A stretch of 64,000 bases of DNA from Emiliania huxleyi CCMP1516 (taxonomy: Eukaryota), in assembly GCF_000372725.1 (NCBI RefSeq), contig NW_005201287.1:775081-839080 (forward strand), in the 5' to 3' direction. Below, one piece after another: positions 46,652-58,194 of this stretch; the first letter of the stretch is position 1, and the number at the start of each line of letters is the position of its first letter. The translations under genes were made by a program, and so were the position numbers. The notes beneath the pieces are model-generated. The model searched no databases. It was given only the letters and a program-made list of their open reading frames with translations, and was not told where the DNA came from.

Positions 46652-47836
46652 ATGGTTGACTCTTTCATCCTCGACGACCGTAGCGAGGGAGTCACCGGCA
46701 CCGGCTGGTTGACGGGCTCGTACAAGTATTGTGAAGATGCGAACGGGGGAGGCCTTTCGTGGCACCACGACGATGGCCAGAACAAGGGCCGTGTCAGCGC
46801 CGTTTACTCCTTGAGCGGCCGCAACACGTCCGGCTGCTTCGCCGTCTCCGAGTGGCACCCTGGCGGCGAGTCCTGCTCGAGATACCTGCCGAGTCGCGTC
46901 CCAATCACTCTGACGCATGGTAGCCCGGCTGACCCGACCGTCACGCACGTCTTCATTGATCAGTCACATAACGGCGGGGGCTGGAACCCGCTCGGCTTCT
47001 TCTACTTCGCCCAAGGCTTTGGGCAGGTCGTCTCCTCAAACGCTGGGACCGACCAGTGCGACCGCAGCGTCTGCTGTGCGCGCACTGCGACAGCCCTCAC
47101 CTCCTAGCGCACATCCGTCCGCCACCACCCCACACAGCCTATCTTCCCCACCGCAGATTGGGTCACCGACGCGTTCAAGTTTGAGCGGGCTCCGAGCGAC
47201 GCTTGCCTCGCCAACCCGCCGCCCCCGCCCGCCGGTCCTCGGCCAGACGCGTCAGCCAGAGCGTGCTGCGACCCGACGATGGCCGAACGGTTTGGTGGCT
47301 CGCGAATCGTCACGCTCCTCTCCTGCCTGGTGGTCTTTGCGATGATCGCACTCCTCGCGAGGCGCTGGCTGCGCAGGCGCCGCCGCGCTGCAGGCGGCGG
47401 CACGAGCGGTGGCGCCGGTGGCGGAGGCGGTGGCGGAAGCGGAGGCGGAGGCGGAGGCGGCGCCACAGAGCTCGAGCTGTCTACGGCGGTCGCAGCGCTG
47501 CCGACGGCGAGCTGTGCGGCGGGCGAGACGGGCGAGGATTGCGCAATCTGCTTATGCGCTTTTGCCGAAGGAGAGAAGGCGACCACGCTGCCATGTGGGC
47601 ACCGATACCATACGGCTTGCATTGAGACGTGGCTGCTCGGGCGCGGCGGCGGCGGCCAGGGTCCAAACATGTGCCCGCTCTGCAAGGCCCCAGTCGTCAT
47701 CGTCATCGGCTCCGGCGATGCTTCGCCTTTGGGCCGCGTGAGAGGCTTGGCACTCCCGACTGCGAGCCGCCGGGTGATGCTCGCAGCGGCCCCCTCCGTG
47801 AGGGCCGGTAGTGACGCTGGTGGTGCAGCGGTGTAG
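46652..47836 (+). CDS. Golvesin/xanthan-lyase-CBD-like domain + TM + RING-H2 E3 ligase
   Basis: ILDD...GW, VFIDQSHNGGGWNPLGFFYF, VTDAFKFE; TM IVTLLSCLVVFAMIALLA; CAICLCAF..LPCGHRYHTACIETWL..CPLCK; intron about 47090-47156. Confidence 0.7.
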
Positions 47837-48037
47837 TCTGTAGAGGGAGAAGGGAGCCAGCCCGCGCACACCTTCCACCGCGGCCACACGCCCTCGGCCT
47901 CGCCGCCAACTCGCCGCCGCGCGGCACCAGCAGCGCGGCCGCGGGGCCTCCCCGCGCGTCTTGCGCTACGTGCTAGTATCCAAGACCAAGTACTATTATA
48001 CGCACACTATGTGTACACTTTGGTGTATTATTTTCTG

Positions 48038-49345
48038 TCACTGTGGGTACTCTTCTAATTCATCCTGCAAGTCCATCTCCACCGCCTTGCGCGCTCGCTC
48101 CTCGGCGAGCTCGCGCGCCCTCGCGAACGTCTCCGCGTCGAGCTCATCGAGCTCTACCCGCACCCGCTTCGACGACCCTGCCTCGCGCCCGTCGAGCGGC
48201 TTCAGCGCGCGCGGGCTCTCTTTGGCGAGCTGCCGCGCCACGCGCGACTGGTCGAGGGGCGACAGGTCGTGCAGCTCGCGCAGCAGCTCGCGCTTCTGCG
48301 CAAACGTCGGCCCGCCCTCGCGCTCCGCCGCCCTCGCGCCCCGCGGCGGAGGCTCCGCCGCCGTCTGGATGCTCTCGACCCGCAGCTCGAAGGCCTCCTT
48401 AAGGTGCTTGGCGCACTTCCCCGCCGCCTGGCGGCCCTGGTTGTACGCGAGCGCGTTCTCGCAGACCCGCACCACCCGCCGCTTCAGCTCGGCGAGCCAC
48501 GCCTACGTGGAAGGTTCCGGGAAGGATCCGAGTGGGCCCTGCCGCCCGCCGCCTCCGGCTCGACGGAGCCCGGCCTCGCCGACGAGCCAGGCGGCCTGCC
48601 CCGCGTCCTCGCCGTCCGCCTGGCGCTGCACCTTCCTCAGCCAGTCGGTGATCGAGTCGAGGTCCTCCGGCTCGGAAGGCCTCTTCATCTCCTCCCTCAG
48701 GAAGGCGACGTACTCGTCACCCAACTTCCGCCAGTCCTTCTCGCGCCGGTAGTGCTCCGAGAAGGGGGAGCGGCGCACGTCGGCGAGGAGCAGCCTCGCG
48801 CGCAGCAACCTCGGGCACGGGGGCGCCTCCTTCTCCAGCTCGCGGTGCATCTCCGCCAGCTTCGCCTCAAAGTCGCTCGCCAGCTTCGAGGCGTGGTCAA
48901 AGATGTACGCCGGGCTGCCGGGCTTGTTGGGCTCCGGCTTGCCGCGCGGCTCGTTGAACACCAGGGCGTTCTTCCAGATCTGCCGGCAGTCGCACGCAAA
49001 GTCCTCGAGGAACTGGTAGTGCTTCTCGTCCGCCGGGCGCTTGCTGTGGCGCGGCCGGCGGAGCCGTCAGGCGCATGCGCGGGAGAGGGCACACGCGGGC
49101 GCGCGGGCGCGCCTGTCTTCTTCGAGCTTGCGAGTCACCGTGCCCAGGTCCATTGGCTGCTTGATCACGGTCAGGTAGCCGCGCATGAAGTCAGCGCCGG
49201 CGGTTGCGCTGACCGGCCTGTTGAAGTAGAGCTTGCACGGCTCGCGCCGCTTGAATGCCTCCAACATCTTGTGCACCTCCTTGGTGGTAGACTCAATCAT
49301 TGGCTTGAGCACAAGGTCTGGAGGCAGGCTCGACTTCCAGGACAT
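48038..49345 (-). CDS. BET/Bdf1-like protein: bromodomain, degenerate second bromodomain, ET-like domain
   Basis: FNRPV..YLTVIKQPMDLGTVTRKL, DCRQIWKNALVFN, VCENALAYN and TFAQKREL...VELDELDAETF. Confidence 0.8.
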
Positions 49346-50414
49346 GGTCCCGCGCACGGGACAGACCGCACGTGCAGCACCTCCAAAAAGAATTCTGCCG
49401 CCCACTCCAAAAAGAATTATGATTCGCATTTGGAAAATGACATACGGGCACATGCGCCAGAGCGCACACGAGTGGGTGTGCGGACAACTTCGAAAGACGG
49501 TGAGGCCGGGATCGCACACGGCAGGGGTGGCGGGACGGTTGTGTGGAGCGAAGTGGCAGCTGTAGCCAGCCTCAATCAAGCAGGCAGTGGGACAGGGGGA
49601 AGGACAGGCGAGCGACATTTGACGACGTCGGGGGTCACAATGTGACGACCAAAACGATCTTTGGAGCCAGGGTGAGACAACAGGTCGGGTGCCACGGACG
49701 CCACACGCGACACGGGGCACACCACCGGCGTATACTAGAGGGGGAAAAGAAACGGGGAATGAGAGGCCCCGCCACGACGGAAGCGCATTTTGGGGATGCA
49801 GGGCGTGCAAGGCGGCGAGGGATGAAGCCACAAAGGAGGCGCGCGAGGCAAGGAGGAGATACGGAGAACGAAGAGATTGGGACGACTGGACACGCAGGAA
49901 GACAGAGAGCCGCCACAGGCGTCGTTGCACGTTGGCGCACGTGCTGAGTGGCAGCTGCGCTGGAAACAAGGAAGAGGCGCGTTACTCCATGCGGAAGGTC
50001 GAGAAACACACGGCGAGGGCGACAGCAAGAGTCGAACGGGAGGCGCCTGAATCAAAAGACACGGCGACATCCTTGAGACCCGCGCGAGAGCGGCCTCCTT
50101 AAACATAAAGGCAATGGGGTCTAGAGATTTGGAGCGCTCGCCGAAGAGGAGTACGACAAAATAGCGCCCGTGATTGCCAGCACGCTACCCGCACTGACAG
50201 ACTCTTGCCTCCCCTTGAAATGTATCTCCCTGTGTGGTGGCGGCGGCCGGCGGCGTGCCGGGCGGGTCCTCCCACACGTTCCTCCCTTGGGTTGTCTGTT
50301 TACTTTCTTTCTTAGATGGATAAAAGCAAAAAAAGGAGGAGCAGGTGTATAAACGAGCTCTCGGCTCTAGTAGACTACTACCCCTCTAGATTGTGACTGA
50401 CGATCTCGGCCGTC

Positions 50415-53400
50415 TCACGGCTCGTAGATGCGCATCACTCCATCCATGTCGGCGCGGCAGATTGGACACTGCGAAAAGGTGTCCAAGTCTTTGAGCGCTG
50501 TCGCGGCGCAGTCGGGGCACAGGCAGAGGTGGCGGCACGGCTTGACGGCGTGCGTCCGAGGCCCACTCAGGCAAACGACGCACACCTTGCCAGCCTGCTC
50601 GACGCTGCTCCCGGCGGTACCGCTCACGTCGAGTGCGACGTGGGATGAGCTGGCGTGCGCCTGCTCCGCTCCGCTCGAAGAAGCGACGGGCTTCTTCGAC
50701 TCGCGGCGCGTGAGCCCACGGCGGGGCGGCGACGGCGGCCTCGACGGCGGCCTCGACGGCGGCCTCGACGGCGGCCTCGACGGCGGCTGCGGCGGGGCGT
50801 AACCCGAGCCCTCCTCGGTCGCGCCGGCACCTGAGCCTCCCTGAGCCGGTGGCGGAGCCGCGTGCAGATCCCTCGAAGTGGAGCCCCTCTTCATTGCCGC
50901 GACCCCCCTCGTGTGGGCGAGGCGGCCGCGGGCGCGGCTCCAGAGCCCCGACCCCACGCTCGACTCGGCCTCCTGCCCCCCCTGCCCCCCCTGCCCGTTA
51001 TCCGTGCCCCCGGTCGTCTCGGTCTCTCGCTCCTCGTCGGCGTCGAGCAGGTCGTCCGCCGAGCCACTCGACGACCTGTGAAAGCTCATCCGCTTCGCGA
51101 CTCGCTTGCGCGTCGCCCCCATCGCCTGCGCGGCCAGCGAGAGGCTGACGCGACGGTGCGGGCCCGTCATGAGCGCGACGGCGAGCGGCTTGAACAGCCC
51201 GTTGTTGATCAGGTCGACGGGCGTGGTGCCGAAGAAGTGGCCAAACTCGCAGCCGTCGCGCTCGGGGTCGTTCTCATGCAGCATGACAATCTCGGCCCCG
51301 ATCTCGAGCGCGAGGCGCACCTCTGCGGCCAGCTCCACACCCGCCGCGCCGTGCCAGGTGTTGCGGTTGAGGTAGAGCAGAAAGATCTGGCGGCGCTTCT
51401 CCAGGTTCCGGGGCACCCTCCCGGGGCCGGAGCCGGTGCCGGTGCCGGAGAGGGACACGTTGCTCCCAGCGGACGCGCCGCCCAGCTCCCCCTCGCCCTC
51501 CTCGAGCCTCCTCCTCGCGAGCACGGCCGGGTCGACCCACTCGGCGGGCGGCTCGAGCCGGACGAAAAAGTCGCTCGAGCGGAAGGTCTTTGCGAGCTCA
51601 CGGATCGCCCGCCGGCAGCCAACGTTGTTTGGGGAGGCGTACGCCGCCACGGGCGAGGCAAAGGTCAGGTCCTCCACCTCGCAGTCCGTCTTGAGGTAGA
51701 CGTCGAGGATCTGGTCGTCGAGGTAGAGCGGCGTGTAGTCGAGGACGACGCGCGCAATCTCCTTGAGCGTGCAGAGCTGGAAGACGGTGACGCGGTGCCA
51801 CTCGAGCACATCGCGCATTGCGCCCTCCTTGCCAAACACAAACTCGCGCAGGTCCTCCGGGCACTCGTCCATCGACGCCTCGTACGGCAGGCCGCCCTTG
51901 TTGACGTCCCTCTCGTGGACGAGGATCACGGGCAGCTTTCGCTCCGCGGTGGACCGCACCTCGCGCAGGCAGTTGCGCGAGGTGAAGTACCCGCGCGAGA
52001 GGAACATGAGCACCGCCATCGTCTCGTCGATGTAACCCTCCAGGTTGCCGATGTCTTCGAGATCATCGACGTCCAGGAAGATGACGAGGTCGGGCACCAT
52101 CCGCAGGAGCTGCCGCTTGATCACGGCGACCTGGTCCTGGCCGGTGCCCCAGATGTGGCTCAGGAAGAGGTGGTATTTGAGCCCCCGCGCGATGGACACC
52201 TGTGGCCGCGCCTTGGTCGCCTTGAGCCGCAGGAGCTCGTCCTTGCCACGGAGCACCATGCTGCGGACCGTCAGCGCGGAGAGGCCGAGCGCGAGGACGG
52301 CCATGGCGGCGAAGCAGAGGACGGCGATGTTTTCGAGCGACTCAAAGACGAGCACCGATACGACCGGGTCGGTGTCGCCCGTCTCGACCGCCGCGCTCGC
52401 GATCGCCACCGAGAACTGCTCGTGTAGGTACATGAACGTCGACCCGATGAGCAGCACGATGATGACGAGCTGCGCGGCGCACGAGAGGAACTGGATCACC
52501 TCCGCCTTGTACGGCACGAGGAGCATCTGGCTGATGAGGAAGAGCACGCTCACGACGAGCGCCACCGCCAGCCGCAGGAAGGCGGCCGACTCGGGGATGG
52601 CGAGCACGAAGCCAGTGAGCAGCAGCCGCCGCACCAGCTCGAGCCACTCCCACCAGTAAAACTCGGCCTTGAAGTCTCGGGTGAGGAGGCCGGCGGCGCG
52701 GGACCACTTGTTTGGCTTGCGGTGCATCACCGCGCCGCGGATGCTCAGGAAGAGCGCCGCTAGTCCGAGCAGCGAGCCGATGGGCCAGAGGACTATCAGC
52801 GCCCACGCCAGGCCTTGCAGCTCATGGTACTCGGGACTCGCCTCGCGCCCGTCACCGGGGCACTCGATGTCGAGGCTGGCCCGCAGAAACTCGCGCGTGT
52901 CCATGTCGGTGTTGACGACGAACCGGCGGCAGTGGAAGGCGCTGAAGACGCTGGCGGAGACGCTGGTGCAGAAGATGACGATCATCCAGAGGGTGGCAGG
53001 CAGCAGCAGGCGGAGGCTGCTCCGGACAGCGTGCACCACGGCGCGCCAAGGGGAGAGAGGCGGGACGGCGTCGCCGTTGGCGCTGCGCCGCTCGCTGCGC
53101 CGCTCGCTGCGCAGTCGCACGATAGAGAGGATCAGCCATACGAAGAGCAGCAGCCCGATCGGGACGAACCCCTTCAGCAGGAGCAGGTTGAAGAGTCCGC
53201 CGAGGCACTTTGTCGGCACAAACAACGGCCCAAAGATGTCGATGTAGATCGCCTCCATGGCCTCAAGGAAGGCGCGGAACGAGTCGGGCATCGTGATCGA
53301 GTAGACAGCGCCCATAGGCGCGACCACCTGCACGAAGCCGATCAGCAGCTTGAGCTTGCTTTCGATGCGCAGATCCTTCCACGCGAGCCGCAGCTTCTTC

Positions 53401-53454
53401 AGCAGATTCTGCGCACGCTCAGAGTGCTGGTTCGCCACGTACGCCACGCACAGG
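50415..53454 (-). CDS. Multi-pass (7TM-like) membrane protein + TIR domain + second TIR-like domain + C-terminal RING (C3HC4, IAP-type)
   Basis: TM region KLKLLIGFVQV...FYWWEWLELVRRLLLTG; TIR LFLSHIWGTGQD..IFLDVDDL..LMFLSRGYFTSRNCLREV..VILVHE; IFLLYLN..EVRLAL..IVMLHE; RING CVVCL..PCRHLCLCPDCA..CPICR. The 5' end is uncertain. Confidence 0.85.
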
Positions 53455-53941
53455 CTGAGACCTGAATGTCTTGTCTGTGCCACTGCGTGCACTCTGCACT
53501 CATCAGTTAAGTTTTGCGCAGTGTCCGCGCTGTGTGTCGGAGTGTCGCAGCAGTGTAAATAATAAACCAACGAGAGCAGGAGTCGTGAAACGAGGATCGA
53601 GGTCAGAGAGAGATTTTTAAAGACCAACAAGAAATCCCTCTTCTTCGAGGTCAGCGTCAGGAGACAACTTCCAAGGACGCAGACTCGAGAGCGAGAACCA
53701 AGAAATAGATAACAAAGCTCATGCGGTCTTTGTACTTTTGAAATATTGATTATTGATATTGTGCACAGCCACAGGGTCAGGGTACAGGGATCAGGCCGTG
53801 CATCAGGGTTCTTTGACTTTGTGAGTGACCCTGCCTCAATGAGATTGTGTTGCCGTCTCTCTCCGAGAGCGATTTATTTCTTTTTCTCGTTCCAGAGACC
53901 CACAGCCACACACCCACTACGGCTTTAGTGATGGAGAGTAC

Positions 53942-55564
53942 TCAGCCCCGCTCGTGTGGCTCGAGGTAGTCCATTCCGAGTGCCTCGAAAACCTCTCGCT
54001 CCGACCCCGCCGGCACCGCCTCCCCCTCCTGCCCGTCGACCGCGGGCTTGCGCTCGAGCCGGTACTCGTTGAGGGTCATCCCGAGCTCGATAGCGCGGAG
54101 TCGCATCTTGACGTTGAGCAAGTTCGACCCCGTGAAGTAGAGCGTCGCGAAGTGGAACTGCTCCGGCGGCACGCTGCGCAAATCGAGCCGCCGGTGCATC
54201 CCGTCCGGCAGGCGGCACACGCCCATGAACTTGCTCGGCCCCTGCGCGAGCGTGTCCGTCACGTAGCCGCTCTCGCGCAACACGTCAACCCTACAGGCGC
54301 ACCGCAGCCTCGCTCACGCGGCGCGGTCGCCGCACTTGGGCACGCGGCGAGGCGGCTGCACCAGCGTGCGAGGAGCGACGCTGGCGTGGCGCCGTCGGTC
54401 GGAGTGACGAGCGCGTCGATGTCGCCCGAGGTCGCCTTGCCCCTGCGGTACGAACCGCACACGACGAGCTGCATCGCAGGCAGCGACGCGTCCCGCGCAG
54501 ACAGGAGCGCCTCCTCGTGCCGCCTCGCCTCGGCGCGAGGGATCTTCTGCCGGAACTCCTCCGCGTGCCGCAGGCCGATGCGCTGCGCGGGGTCGAGCGA
54601 CACGCTCCCGCCCGCGACGGCGGCGCGCAAGCCGTCGAGCGTCCGGATGCCTACAGGAAAAGTGCAGGAACGGTCCGCGAAGGCCGCGCAGCTGCTGCAA
54701 GCCGTCAAACGCGCGGACGCCCTGTCCGATGAGCGCGCCGGCCCGGACGGCGCCGACGCCGTGGACCAGCTGCAGCTCGCGCAGGGCGACGACGTCCGTG
54801 TCTCGCTTGAGCTCCTCGAGCTCGGGCAGGTGCCCGCTCTCGAGCACCTGCTCACGCATCGGCTGTGGAGGGACGCACTTCACTCCTCCGGCCCGGGCAG
54901 GCGGCTCCAGCGCCTTGTCGATCCGCTCCGCCATGCCTTTGCCGATCCCTGCGATGCCGCGAGCCTCCTTGCCCGAGACGACGGCGGACGGGTGCGCCCG
55001 CAGGGCCGCAGCCGCTTTCTGGTACGCGGTCGCCCGAAAGGTATCCTTTTGGAGCTTCTTGATGGCGCCCATCTGCTCGAAAATGGAGGCCAGGTGGTCG
55101 TTGTCGCTGCTGGGAGCGATGCCTTCGGGCGAGTCGGGCGTTGCGCCGGGGCTCGCACCGGCGCTACTCGCTGCCGCCGCCGCCGCGGGAGGAGTGGACA
55201 GCGAATCGGCAGCCACCCTCGCGCGCTTTCTCGCCGCAGCAGGCGGTGACGCCTCGCGCTCCTCCGCCGTCGCGGGCGGTGGCGCCGTCGCGGCCACGGG
55301 CGGTGGCGCCGTCGCGGCCGCGGGCGGTGGCGCCTCGTGCTCTTGCGCTGCCGCAGACTGCTTACGGCGGATGGGTCGCGTCCTCTGAGTGCTCTTATTT
55401 CTCTGCACCATCGCGTTCAGGTCGACCTCATACGAGAATCCGCGAGCCTCGAACTGCCCGGAATTGCTTGTGCTGTTGACAGCGTCTGCGATGGCTGCCC
55501 GCATTGCCGCGTCTACAGGCACCCACTTGTCACGCGTGAGCTCGATCTCCCACAGGTCGTCCAT
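53942..55564 (-). CDS. Family X DNA polymerase (beta/lambda-like) with N-terminal WWE domain, 3 introns
   Basis: WWE-like WEIE..KWVP...YEVDLNAMVQRN..TQRTRPIRR; FRATAYQKA, GIGKGMA, GVGAVRA, CGSYRRGKATSGDID, RRLDLR, YFTGS, LNEY. Confidence 0.9.
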
Positions 55565-55989
55565 TGTCCCACGCGGCGGGCAGAAGTGGAGTTGCCCAGG
55601 TGAGGCGGCGCTTGGGCAACGCTTGCCGACACCGTTGGACGGGGGGCGCCAGGGTAAGCGAAAAAAAAACAAATTTTATCTCAGGGCCTCTGGGGCGGTC
55701 AAAACCGGACCTACCTACCTCTTGGGAATCTTGCAATACGTATCGCTGGCTGAGCCGACGAGGACGGTGGTTGTCAACAGACCCCCTATCTGGCTAGGAG
55801 CCGGAACCCAGTACAGTGCTATTCACAGCACAAGCTGGCGGCTTCAGCATGTGCGTCCTTCTTTTTCGGACGGGGTCGGGGACACGCACTCCCCGGTGAG
55901 CGGTGTGAAAAAGTTGTTAGTCTAAATAAATAAATAAAAACGGACACCTCTCTACTGTGAGATGGGTAAAAAGGAACAGGTCCCCGCCC

Positions 55990-57745
55990 TTGCGATCTTT
56001 GTGCAGGGTTCTTTGTGGGTGTGGTCGGCGACTAGCCGGGGTCGTCCTCCCGACGGGGTACTAGCACTAGCCGTCTTCCACATGGTCCCTCGGGTCCCTG
56101 CTGCTCCTAATCTCTTCGTACATCCTCCTGCTGATCTCCGCAACGTCCTGCTCCCTCCCTCGTCTCGCCCTGCGGGCGTCTGCTCCGCCTCCCCGTCGTT
56201 AGTCTGTACTTGGCCTGTCTAGGAGTTTCCGGAAACCAAAAAGGAAACCAGAGGGTCCCCAGCACTTTGTCTTTGAGTTTCCGGAAGTTTCCAGGGAAAC
56301 CAGAGGGTGTTTGGTGCTCCATTCTGCTTCTCTCGAGTTTCCCTCGGGAAACTCGCGAGTTTCCCTGAGTCTGAGAGCTGGTCTGGGGTAAAATATGGGG
56401 CAAAATGGAGGAAATCGGCAAACTACCAAAACAGCCTCAGTAGCTCAGACTCGGCTCTCAGTCCTCAGTCAGAGCCCCCCAAAATGACGGACATCCACGG
56501 AGTTTCCCCGGGGTTTCCCGAGGAAACTAGATAGGGTGCCCACAGGACCCGACTGAAAAAGGGACGCACGAGGCAAATCTGATGTTGGAGTGTTCCAATA
56601 GGAGCGAGGCCTCTCTTCCGTTGGGGGACCGAGTGAATAGGAAACGAGGGTTCCCCATTGTGAGTCGCTCGCGTGCGAGCGTGACACTGCACTTGGCGCC
56701 GAGCGGCCGCGGCTCAGACCTTGTGCAGGCCTACCCTCAATGACCACGCCGGTCCGGACCGATGGCGCTCGGTGTGGAGCAAGCAAGACCCCCCCCCCCC
56801 CAATCGGCGCGCGCCCGACCTTTGAACGGCCGCCAGGAGCACCAAGAGGACTCCTCTTGGCTGTGGTCAAGGGGGCTTCGACCGGCCTCGGCTGGGGGGG
56901 CGGGTTGTCCCGGCTGCGGACGCGTTCTGCTAGCAGCCCCCTGGGATGGGGACAGCACCCCAAAACTGCCCCTCGGCGGCATACAGCACTGCCAGCCAGC
57001 CTATTCCTCCTCCTCAAGGGCTGTACTATGGCCATATTGCGCCGCCTCCTACTGGCAGCCGGGCGGGCGCGCGCCGTGCGCGCCTCGGCGCGCGCACGGC
57101 TCGCAAAGCTCGAACGAGTACACTGCCGCCCGGCCGCCTCAAGGCTGCCGGGCGGCAGTACTGCCTCGCAAGGCGCGCACCGGCTGCTCTGGCTGCTGCG
57201 CCGGCGGCCGCTGCGCTGGCCGCTGCTGCGCTGGCCGGCGAGCGGTACGGCCGCCGGCGGCCGCTGCACCCGCGCCTTCCCTCGCGGGCGCCGTCGCGCC
57301 GCGCGCGCCCAACTCTGCTGGCACACGGCACGCGTCGTCACTCAGCCGCGGAGAACAGGCAGTGCAGCGCGCGAAGCGCGCGCGATCTCGTAAGGCTGGA
57401 TCCGGCCATTCCAAGGGTATACCTTTGAGAATCCCCAGCGTCCCTCCCTCCTAGTCACAATCTCAATATCTCGACTCTCCAACACGAAGTGCTGCGATCG
57501 GGGGTGGCCCATTTCTTTCTTACTTTCTTTTTTTGGGCCCTGTGGGCACCCTACCCTAAACTAGAGGGAAACTAGAAGGAAACACGGAAAGGAAACCAGG
57601 TAGGGTGCGAGAGGAAACTCCTAGACAGGCAGGCCAAGTCTGTCTGTACTCGCCACAGGAAGGACTGGCGGGATGGACCTCCCGGGCTCTGCCTCTGGAC
57701 AGGGTGGCCCGCCACAACGCACAAGGACCCCAGGAATTGCGACTC
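55990..57745. mobile_element. Degenerate foldback / non-autonomous DNA transposon-like segment with long imperfect inverted arms
   Basis: Nested inverted matches 56208-56230 with 57613-57639 and 56532-56550 with 57535-57553; many ggaaac/gtttcc motifs in both arms. Confidence 0.45.
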
Positions 57746-57927
57746 GCCGCTTTCCTCCCACTGTGAATTTGTGTGAGCTCTGTGTCCTGTTTTGCCAACA
57801 ACGTACCTAAGGCCAAGTACTTGGCAGAAAGAAAAGAAACACGCCAACCGTGTGTGTCCGCCTTGCGTTTGTTTCATTACATCGATGGCAACAAAACAAA
57901 ACAAATCTCCCTCCCGCGGCTACATTT

Positions 57928-58034
57928 AGCTCAAAAAGAATTTCACAACAAAACTCCCTCGCACGACACTAGGCATGGGACTGGCGCGCACTGCTCAAAA
58001 AGAATTTTACAACAAAACTCCCTCGCACGACACT
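57928..58034 (+). repeat. About 42-bp direct repeat x2
   Basis: gctcaaaaagaattt(c/t)acaacaaaactccctcgcacgacact occurs twice. Confidence 0.85.
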
Positions 58035-58194
58035 GGGCACAGGACTGGGCACGGGACTGGCTCGCACTGGCACTAACACAGGTACAACAAAAGCTCTACA
58101 CTAAACTGTTGAAGATCGTTTCGCGCGTCGCGTTTAGCGCGCCACGGCGCTACTGCTGCCGTGCGGTGCGCGACTCGCAGCCAGCCAGCCACAG

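Noticed and set aside
53455..53630. N-terminus of the 1071-aa ORF
   Set aside because: Non-ATG start and a composition shift; probably intron or UTR, with a candidate acceptor at 53455.
56469..57454. Overlapping 200-290-aa Arg/Ala-rich ORFs
   Set aside because: Expected by chance at this GC content; no motifs; located inside the foldback segment.
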